From Priapulus caudatus (taxonomy: Eukaryota), in contig NW_014577088.1 in the NCBI RefSeq assembly GCF_000485595.1, positions 46,983-83,245 on the forward strand: 36,263 nucleotides of DNA, written 5' to 3'. Of this stretch, positions 11,161-21,900 are shown one piece after another. The notes under the pieces were generated by a model. It ran no database searches, had not been told where the DNA came from, and was given only the letters and a program-made list of their open reading frames with translations. Positions within the stretch are counted from its first letter, which is position 1. Each line of letters opens with the position of its first letter. Both the position numbers and the translations under genes were made by a program.

Positions 11161-11720
11161 CAGTAAAAACCCGCGTATAAGAACATAGATTTTAAGAACA
11201 TGTTAGGCTAAAATTTCCCATTTAGACCCCTTTACATAAGAACCTGTTTTAGGCTAAGATTTTAAAGTAGGTTCTTAATTTTCCATGCAGATGAAGACTT
11301 AAAAAGAAACACAGGTAAAATAAAAAAGACGAGCTCAACAATATCGATGCAATAACAATGCCAATGCCAATGCCAATGCCAATGCTCAACAATAACAATC
11401 ATATCTATTAATAATATAATATTATATAATATATTATATATATCATATAATATTATCTCAACCATAAAAAAACAAACATGTGCAACAACTAAACTCTCCA
11501 TATAACACCTTACACATAACACTACTGTACTGGTAACACATGCATCAGTCACTAAGCCCGCGCGTAGCGCGGGTTTCAGCTAGTACATATTAAAAGTAGA
11601 AACAATTAAGAACCTATTTAAGAACCTTTTGAGCCTAATTTTTCAGTAAGCACCATTTATATAAGAACATGTTGAGGCTAACTTGGAAAAATCTATGTTC
11701 TTATACGCGGGTTTTTACTG
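11161..11720. mobile_element. Tc1/mariner(pogo)-type MITE
   Basis: Perfect 33-bp TIR CAGTAAAAACCCGCGTATAAGAACATAGATTTT; TA on both flanks (11159-60, 11721-22). Confidence 0.9.
11404..11583 (+). mobile_element. Miniature non-autonomous Helitron
   Basis: 3' hairpin CCCGCGC-GTA-GCGCGGG (11557-11573) then CTAG|T (11580-11584); candidate 5' end A|TCTATTAATA at 11404 (less certain). Confidence 0.7.
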
Positions 11721-12133
11721 TAATTCATGTGGGCATGATGTCACACACAACTACGTTCATTGGCTAAACAACCGAATAGCGTGGTTAGGGAGTTTCCGAT
11801 TATAAACAGGCGATTGCTCCGATTTACATTTTGGCAGAGTGAGAGTTTTCTGCAGGAATTCACCAGATATCTCCGGGTAAAATGTACCACAGTTTAGAGC
11901 ATAGCCAGTCATGTTGTGAGGATTCCCTACCAGGTGCATTTATACATTGATTTATAGCCCTGTTACAGAGCGAACGTTTACACAAGTAGAGTAAGTGCCT
12001 TGTCATGATCATAGTTTCCTTAATATTATTTTTATTATATATAGACCTACTTGGTTAGCTGCTGGGCCTAGTTGAAAGTGAAACGTGGAGAATGAGCAGA
12101 TTGCTACCATTGTCGTAGTACCGTCGTTATAAG

Positions 12134-12242
12134 ATGTCATCACCTCGCAACAAACTGACAGAGTTTGCACCACTGAGCTCTGAAATTAAGCAACAATCTG
12201 GATCAGGATTTCTCCTCACGAGATTTTTTAAGAAAAGCAAAG
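12134..12242 (+). CDS. PIKFYVE: PIKfyve coding exon 1
   Basis: MSSPRNKLTEFAPLS...FFKKSK; donor G|GTATAG phase 1. Confidence 0.8.
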
Positions 12243-15200
12243 GTATAGTTGTATTTGATCTGGGGATCATCAGAGGTAAAATCTCAAAATCAGCTAGAAT
12301 ATACCATAGGCGCCGCACACATGTATAAATTCAAGCTACAGATTGAAAACACATTGGAAATCATTTAAAAGATATTTTCTCACCTGCCGTGTATTCCACG
12401 CGCAAGCTTACTGGTTTTACTTACTTCCCAGATTCATCACGTGAAGGGAGTTCGTCGCATTCCCCATCTCCAAATACAGCCGAGAATAGAAAGGATGTGT
12501 ATACCGTCTCGTCTACTAGCACGAGTTCAGGCAATGACCAGCGTGAGGTGAAGAAGGTCCCGGATAAAACGCAATATGTTCCCTGTTCTGCTCACAGGAG
12601 AGGGCGGTCGATCACGGAGGACGAACTTTTGGAACGAAGCAAAAGTCGTCAAGTTCTCACTGGGCCAGAGGTTGCCCAGACCAGAACAGCACAGACTGTT
12701 CTCAAAAGGCTACGCAGTATCTTGGATCATACGAATCAGGTTTGAATGCACTATGAATTGCACTTTGAATGCACTTGAATACAGGTTGAATGTGTATATA
12801 TGTCTAATTACAGTTGCTTCATGGTTAGTTAATGGTGTTCATTTCTGTGTCTGGTCATGAATTCAATAATCAAATCAGATTAATTCATGAACAAGAATAT
12901 TGCTGGAACAACTAGTACAATTGTATATCATATTCATAAGAGACAGTTCCCTGGTTAACTAGGTTTAGGTGTTAGAAGCTTGCCATTTAAACGTTTATAT
13001 TACATTGATATCATGTATTAATAAATTATAATTATATCTGTTAATGTGTTTAATTGCAAGGTATAATTCAGATTAAACTCCTATCCCAACTACACCCTAA
13101 ACTACCAGAAGTGCTCACAGTCTACTATATAAAATTTGACTAGATAACTAACTAGCTGTGTATATACACAGCTAGTTAGTTATCTAGTCAAATTTTATCT
13201 TGGAGTACAAATTAATAAAGGTTATCTTTGCACCCTGGACAGGGCTCGAATTAACCGACGGCACCGACGGCAATTGCCGTCGGTGCCCCTGAAAATCCAA
13301 CCCGACCGACGGCAGTCACCTGCCTTGCCCTTTTGTGTAATTGCCGTCGGTGCCCTTCAATCTACTGCCCTAGTTCCGTTTTTAGTCGAATCAACATAAC
13401 ACGTGCGCGTGCGTGCTATAGTTGCAATGATGAGCTAAAAACCGATAGTCGCAGGAGGGAATAATAACAGCATCGGATAATTATTCGCTCCTGATAGCGG
13501 GCATGTAAAATTTCTTGTTACTGTACTTCCATTAGCAGAGGTGGGTACAGGGGTCGGTGTTACGGTGTAAGCTTACATGGGGGCATATTGTTTTGCACAT
13601 TAAAAGCAAGACGATGTTGATGTACTAATTTGTTATGAGTTTTCCTTTTTTTTACAAAAGTGCCTTGGTGCCCTTCTCAAATTTTGAGAGTTGCCTTGGT
13701 GCCTTTCTATTTTAGAGAAAATTCAAGGCGATTTCTCACATGCCCTAAAAAAATTGCCTTGCCCTTCTCGTCGCTTAATTTGAGCCCTGACCCTGGATTT
13801 GCACATCTCTTATTCGGTGATTGACCAATGTGATCTTCATCCAGGGAACCTGATAGTGATTACTTCCTTTGACGCTATTCAGACTCTGAAGGAGTATGAC
13901 GACAGTGACTTGAAGCAGTACTGGATGCCTGACAGCAGCTGTAAGGAGTGCTATGATTGTGGGGACAAGTTCACCACGTTTCGCCGCCGCCATCACTGCA
14001 GAGTCTGCGGGCAGATCTTCTGCAGTAGGTGTTGCAACCAGGAAGTTCCAGGAAAACTCATGGGATGCACAGGTGAGTGAGGTTCTCCAGGAAATCAAAT
14101 AGTGTCCCCTTAAATCAAACATATTCGAGTAAGTTAGCTATTATATGTTTTTTCAAATGTTCATGTTTTGAATTTATTCAAAGGTGGATATTATTTATTA
14201 CCTTTGAAGGAGTTGTGTGTAGAAGTAACATAGAAGTAACCAGCAAGTAACAGAATAAGTACAGTTGAAGTAAGTAGTGTAGAAGTAGCCAGCTGAGAAC
14301 CTGTCAGTTATTATGTGCACGTGTAAATAGTTGGAAAATTCGTATTTATACTAAATTGTGTATGACAGGTGACCTCCGTGTGTGCACCTACTGCTGTAAG
14401 ATGGTGCTAAGCTATGCGCAGAGCTCGGATTCATCATACGACCTCGCTAGCCTTCAGGAGAACATGTCCTCTCTTGTGGCCACCATCGAGAGCGACTCCG
14501 ACAGCTACACCGAAACAAGCCGCACCCCTTCCAAGAAACGTCGCTCGTTCTTCTGGGAGGAGGACCTTCTCAAGCCGGTCGGCACGGAATCTTTTCCCAG
14601 CGTCAACTCGCTCCCCCGCCTCGCGACCCACCCGTTCGACATCACTCCCATCTCGGAATTTGCCAAGGGCGATCAGTTCTTCCAGGAGAGGAAAGCTCTG
14701 GTGGAGGATTCGGCACAGCTTAAGGAGCTGTGGTGTCAAATCACCAATCCGATCCATGGTGTTGAGTTACAGAACCGCAGGCATAGACTGCGCAACTACA
14801 CAAACTGTATCGTCGGCAATGAATTGGTGGACTGGCTACTAAGGAACGATAAAGCTTCAGATAGGTTTGTATATGAGGAGTAACTATTATAACCTGTAAT
14901 TTACGATGATAATTATAAGTTGCGATTAAATCTGATGCTGTAATAGTTGCTTAAAAAGCCATCACAGTGATTTTAAAGTGGGCAGTATAAGACATTTTAT
15001 TTCTAACTGTGTACTAGTTGTTTAATAATTCTGTGTTGTATTGTCAGGTACCAAGCTGGTGCCATAGGGCAAGCATTGATGGATGCCAAATTTCTCGAAT
15101 GTGTCACCACACATGCTCAGATATTTTCTGATGAATACCAGCTGTACAAAGCTGGAAAGGTATTACTCTTTAGAAGTGCAGGTTCTAGTATCTTGTATTA

Positions 15201-18200
15201 TAGTCAATGTGTAGAAGTAATTGTGAGAAAGAGCAAATTGTTATTATAACGGTAACTAGCTCACATTCGGATGATGAATTATAAACTATAAAAACTTGTA
15301 AGGGTTTGGCCAAAAAGTTAGATGCAGTACAGTTGTCAACATTCATAAATCACAAGAAGAAAGGATGTGCCAAGTTATAAAAAAATATAGACTTACTGTC
15401 AAAAAGGTAATCTCGGACGATAGATGAAATTACGCGTGTTGTTAATATATGAATAAAATCTTGCATATAATATATTTTAACGCATATTTATATCTCTAGG
15501 GGTAGAAATTAACTTTTGAACAAGGGAGTCCAACAGACTCCCTACCCTCAAAAAGAGAGTCCGCAGCAAAATGAGGAAGTCTGCAGTCTGAGGTTCAAAA
15601 TTAAAGATATAAACAATAACTCATGTGCTTATTTTTAAGATTCATGCAGTTGCACGTCTCCCAAATTTTCTTTGGACAGTAGCTGAAAAAATACAGTAAT
15701 TCCGCGAGGCCGTGCTCCGGAACGAACTAGTTAGTATGGCAGAATTTTTAGGGAGTCCCACAGACTCCCTGCATATGTCAAATCAGGGAGTCCGACAGTA
15801 AATCAGGGAGTATTTGACTCCGGACTCCCGTTAATTTTGCACCTTGTATCTCCCTATTACTTTAAGGCAGCAAAGTTAGATAGTCCAACAGACACATGCA
15901 TTCATGGAGAACATGTACAGTTGGAAGAGGACCAAGAACCTACCTGGTTTAAGGAGATACAAAGAGAAGAAGAAGAGATATCTCGTCCTGATGCGCAGGA
16001 GAAGGAAAAAGACGAGAGTAAGTGCAGCAAGAAGTTCATACTGGAGTAGAAAGCAAGATTTGATTCGAACGAAGTAAAGTGGCAGAGTAGATCCAACAAG
16101 CATACTTACAATTATAAGCATATTAAATATCTTGTTAAATGCTCAACTACAGTGTCAGTTGTATATATCCTAGTTACATTACTGGTCATGTTGTGTGTAG
16201 AGAGCAGATCACGGTCTAGTTTATTGGAATCCCGAAACGAGCAGTCTACGAGTTCCATTGACAGCCTAGAGAGCTCTGGTGCAACATTCTACCTAAACCT
16301 GGATGAGGAAAAAGGACAGGCTGGAGTCTCGGTAAAGAAGAGGGAGACGAAGCAAGAGAAACACCAAAGTGAGACGTGATAAATGTATCACATAGCATAG
16401 ATGTTTGCTTAATTGTCGCTAAATATGCCTGAGGAGAGTTGTAACTATTCTGCCAGTTGTTTTGTTAAAGAATTACTTTTTACAAGTATAATTAAACATT
16501 GTTAAGTGTATCGTTAAAATATCTATTTAGTGAACCACCACATATTTGCTGGAAGCTATGGTAAATTTTACCCGACATTTTAAAATGCATTTCTGTTTTG
16601 GTAGTTTTATCTGGCAAGGCACTCGATGTTAGACAAACATCAATGGGGGAAAATGCTATTGGTAGCATGCTAAACACACTAACATCTTCTGGAACCCAGG
16701 ATGACTTCATAAAAGGTTAGTTATTATCTTGCTTCTCCCAAAGTATTGTAGTAGAGATGTAATAAATGCATAACTCTTTTTAAATGACTAGTAAGAGCTC
16801 GAATGCCTGCCTGAGGTAGAAAACATAGACCAGCTCTACGAAGGAGGATATTCACTGCACTATATGCCACGTAGATTTGACTAGCAAATTGTTTAATTTC
16901 ATGAAGCTATAGGGTTAGCGACGACCATTCAAGCTCAAATGCAATAACTATCATAAAACAAAGAATTGTCATTGCATTTATTTTAATATTCACATGAATT
17001 TTTAGCTGGTTGCTATCGTTATTACTCTTGCTGCTTCAGGGGCATTGTCAGTGAAGAGCAGTGATACTATCATGTCGGCTGAGAAGGCAGACTACTGGCA
17101 GACAGGGACCAGTGCATTGATGTCTGAGGACAGGGAGGTCTTCAAACTGTTTAGGTGCCACTAAAATTGTATATGACGTTTTAGAGCTGATTGCCCCTGT
17201 GTGCATCGGTGTGTGTATCTGTGACAGTGTCAGATGAGGCAGAAGTTATGTGAGTTAGCATGAGGATGCTGGTTTTATTAATGGTCGCCATCAATGTAAG
17301 TCTGATTCTATGCGCTCTGCTATGCTAGTGGATCGCTTAAACCAAGTCTTCCGTGTAAGGTCGTTTTGATACAATGTTCAACACTTTAACGACCGTCCGG
17401 GCTATGAACACATCCATGTGGCAGTAATAATGCATTAGAAATTAGTGAGGCAGCATAGAAAATTTAAAATTTATTGTGTTTTGTTAAAAAGCCACAAAAT
17501 TTAGCACTGATATACATGCACGCACGCATACACGCACACAGACACGCACACACACACACACATACACGCATGTACAGACACATATGAAGCCTATAAAATT
17601 TGGTACTGGATTGCCATGGTGGGCAAAAAATGGTGGTTGAGCAATTTAATCGATATTAATTCGTTATAATGTTGCAGTGCGGCAGCTAACTATCACATGG
17701 TGGCATTGCTGAAGCAGCTGCTCAGCTCAGAATGTCTCTCCCTGACATGGAGCGATGTGATAATGTCACTTGCGATGAGGATAGCAGAGACTGTTCGACC
17801 GGATGTCAAGCATGAAGGTGATGACATGGACATTCGTCAGTACGTTCACATCAAAAAGGTGAGAAAATCTAAAATTAAAGGTGGGAAAATCGATGAAAAG
17901 GTCATTTATGCTGTCCGTGGCTACTTCTTTCTCGAATCATTGAGATAATAGTGTGACTGTACGTATTCGATTACGGAAGTGATGAGAATTTAGCATGAGG
18001 TCTGTCACTAACACGTTTAGCAACTCAGATTCTTGTCTTGCAGCTTTCATTTGCCCCGTGTCTTCCACTACTTTTCAGTTGTATTTCTGAAATGTATGAC
18101 GAGATATGCTGTTTTGCTATGAGCATGGTCAGCATTGAAAGTTAAAATTTTGCTACGCGGCAGTCCTCTATAATTAAACGCGTAAACATCAGGGTAGACG

Positions 18201-18914
18201 TAGTTCATATTCCACATAATTTAAGAGCTTAATGTGGTGGAATACTTTAATGATTATATATTAAACTGAAGTATACGTTTTTACTCGGTTAATAATGCAT
18301 GTAAGCACGTGTGGCAGCCACCTGATTAGACTGCATGGTTTAACTTGTGACAGGTGCCTGGAGCGAGCAAAACGGATACCAAAATCATTCATGGAATAGT
18401 CTGCAGTAAGAATGTAGCACACAAAAATATGATGACTCAGATCACCAATCCAAAGGTGTTGCTGCTCCGATCTGCAATCGAGTACCAGAGAGTGGAAAAT
18501 AAGTTCTCGTCAATCGATCCTGTGGTGATGCAGGTACATGAATGATTAGATATACCTATTGCATTCTTTATTGCAGGTGTATGCATATAGCGTGGCCCTA
18601 CTACTGGTTTTTAGCACGTTTACAAAATGTGAAGATTAGTAGACAACATTGGTAATTTTACGTTACTAATTAGTAAATAAAATTACCAGATACAATGCAA
18701 GTAAAATTGCATGTGAAGTATCATCAAATTGTGGATTAGTACCAATAACCTACATAACCTAGTTCATGGATCTAGGTTTATGGATGTACAGTTTTTTTGT
18801 AAATTAAATGGTTAACAACCTTACATCAAATTAGCACATATGATAAGGCATGAAATTCCTATAGTTTAGCATTGGTGGTTAAACAAATATCATCAAGAAT
18901 CCAAAGGGAGCATT

Positions 18915-18951
<37 letters not shown>

Positions 18952-21900
18952 TAGATATACTATATACTACCGAATTGCGAACCCAACTGCTCTCTTATCA
19001 GGAGAAGGAGTTTTTGCGCAACTCTGTGGCCAAGTTGGCAGGAATGGGGCCGGATGTGATTCTTGTGGAAAAGTCTGCATCGCGATTAGCTCAGGACTTC
19101 ATCCTTGAGACTGGTATGAGTCTAGTGATGAATGTCAAGCCGGTAAGTGAAGTAAAGCGTTTTTCTCTTCTAAGATGGAGCTTGTGTTGTGGGGTCGATC
19201 CCTATAGTAACCTATCTTCTAAGATGGAGCTTGTGTTGTGGGGTCGATCCCTATAGTAACCTATCTTCTAAGATGGAGCTTGTGTTGTGGGGTCGATCCC
19301 TATAGTAACCTATCTCAAATGTTGAATTCCATACAGTCGAGTATAGAAGCTTATGGGTCAACTGGATTTGAATATTAATAAGTTCATTCACTATTATAAA
19401 AACTTATGGTTGTAATAATTATTTGTGCTGCAGTCTGTGCTGTCAAGAGTGGCACGATGCACACAGGCCGATGTTGTGCAGTCGATAGAGGGGCAGATCA
19501 CGCGGCCTCGACTTGGTTTTTGTCACCAGTTTGGGGTGTATCCATTCAACATTCAGCCTCACAAGCCAGATGGTAATGAGAACTATTTTATATTACTATG
19601 GCTTTACTATCATAAAAGTAAAAGTGATTTCTCTAAAATAACATTTTATCATTTAAAGAAATGAAATTGTGATATGAATATATTATGGTAACAAATGGTA
19701 TGTTGATTAAAACTATTTTATAAATCTTGTAATCACTTATTTTTTGTTGCCATTGCACAGATGCTAAATTACAGCAGGAAAGGTAGTTGTCTGGTCGCAT
19801 GTAACTATCAAAATTACATTTTTAAATAGAAATGAACAAACAGCTGTTGAAGTAAAGCCTGTAAAAAGACAATATCATAGTTAACTTAATTCTATACGGT
19901 ATCGGTTTTTATGCTACACTGTCATTCTCAACTAACCATATAATTGCTATTTAGTACTGTAAGTAAGATGTCTCATTAATTAATTGAGTGTAAGATAATT
20001 ACTATCATACAGGTGAGCTGACTTGGCCAGTCATTTGAGTATGTATACATTCTTGCAGGAAAAGTGAAAAACCTGATGTATTTCGACGGCTGTGCATCAC
20101 ACTTGTACTGCACCGTAATTCTGAGAGGGGGTAGCACTGCAGAACTAAAGAAGGTATAAACAGCGGTACAAAAAATCTGTGAAACGTCTAAAAACGGGTA
20201 GCGACGATGTAAACAAAAATATCCCACCGTCCTTGATAGCAGCTATAATTACTCATTTACTCTCTGATGTAACGGAGGCAGTAATCTGCGATTGTATCAT
20301 AAACAGGTGAAAGAGATTCTGCAACTGATGATATACGTGGCCTACCATAACCGGTTAGAGACTTGCTTTCTCATGGATGAGTCTGTCATGCCGATGGCAA
20401 AGAAGTTTCCGGCCACATCAATCCAGAGTCCCGAGAGCGAGAATGTGTTGCAGACGACAGCGTTTGCCAATTCTACCAACATGGGTAAAAAACCAGGACA
20501 CTCGTTCACCGACCTTTTGGGAAAGACCGAGTCGGATGAAGCGCGTGAGGAAGATCAGAGTGATGCATCCATGGTGAATAAGTGGATCGATTATTCCGTT
20601 CTGGAAAGTGATGACTCGCTGTTCAAAACTGTGTCGTCCGATGCCGAGAAAATTAAACTGCATGCTGATACAAAAACGCACAAGCTTCAAGGCAAGCATC
20701 AACGCATTAATTCCGGTGACGGGCTAGCAGAAATGCAGGCCGAGGTGGAAAGCAATGAGCTAGACAACGCGATTTCACTGAGCGCAGAAGCGTTGCCACC
20801 TGAGTGTGCCAGCGAGCCGAATCTTCACCCGATTACGCCGTATCAAAACGACGACCTCACGAACCAGTACGTCAGCAAGCGGTCGTCGGGCGACCTCGGG
20901 AGGAGCACGTCCGACGGCGACGTGCTGCCGATCGAGGCGGGAGCGTCCGTCGAATTGCAGCATCACAGGAGAGTCGGCGCGCTGACGTGCGACGACAGTC
21001 CGGCGGCTGCGACCCCGACGACGAGGCAGGGCCGAGCGGTGAGCATAGGCGACATCGCTCGACGCACGCTGCGCATACAGACGCTCGAGAACGCCGTCGA
21101 CGACGACGACGTCGCCGCCACCGCGTCGCCGCGTCTCGCGATGCGCTCGCTGTGCGAAGATAGAGCGCTGACCGCTGCGCTGGCCGCCGTATACGGGGCC
21201 TCGCCGCGCGCCGGCGCGCCGCACGGAAGCGTTGCCGACAACGTGTTCTGCACACCGATGCCCGTCGCGCGGAAACGCGAGCCTTATGCACGGCAGAGCG
21301 TGGCGGAGGAGGGGCCGACGGAGGAGGAGGAGGCGGGCGACGAGTACACAGACCCGCTGCAGCGCTACCTGCACTCGAAGGACGAGAGCGTGTTCAAGAC
21401 GACGGACGAGAGCCTGACGCTGCGCACGGCCCACCACGCCGTCGACCAGTTCCGCAAGGCGCTCGACGACGTCGTGCTCTCCGTGTCGCCGAACCTCAAG
21501 TACGCGCCGCCCTTCCTCGAGACGCAGCCGGGCCGCCGCTGCATCCTGCGCGAGTACCTCCCCGTCGAGATCTACCGCTCGCAGCTCTTCGGCAAGAAGG
21601 ACGCGCGCTGCAGGCCGAGGCTCGACAGGGATGTCGGGAACGGGAGCGAGGTGGGCGGCGACGGTGGCGGCGGCAGCGTGCGCTACCTTCCCTCGCATCC
21701 GTTCCTGCTGGAGAGGTTCACGGCGGGCGTGTCGGAGACGAACGTACAGAACCTGCTGTCTGACTTCCGCGCGCGCGGCGGCACGATAACCCCCGTCTGC
21801 TGCGCCTGCGACCACGAGTGCGAGGAGGAGGCCAGTGACTGCACGGATGTGATAGTGCCAGCTGGGTTTCTGGAAAGCGCAAGTAGAAACGACTCGGATA

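Larger units (their letters stand above)
10995..11885. mobile_element. Older MITE with ~70-bp diverged TIRs, host to nested insertions
   Basis: 10995-11066 (ACACTTTACCCAGAGATATCTAGTAAATTCCTGC...GGAGCAA) is inverted relative to 11814-11885. Confidence 0.75.

Noticed and set aside
19190..19205. tRNA gene
   Set aside because: Only a T-arm-like hairpin; no cloverleaf or A-box.
19761..19782. 22-nt microexon candidate (gcacag|...AG|gtagtt)
   Set aside because: It would shift the frame, exons 13 and 14 already join in phase, and the donor is weak; a poison exon cannot be excluded without RNA data.
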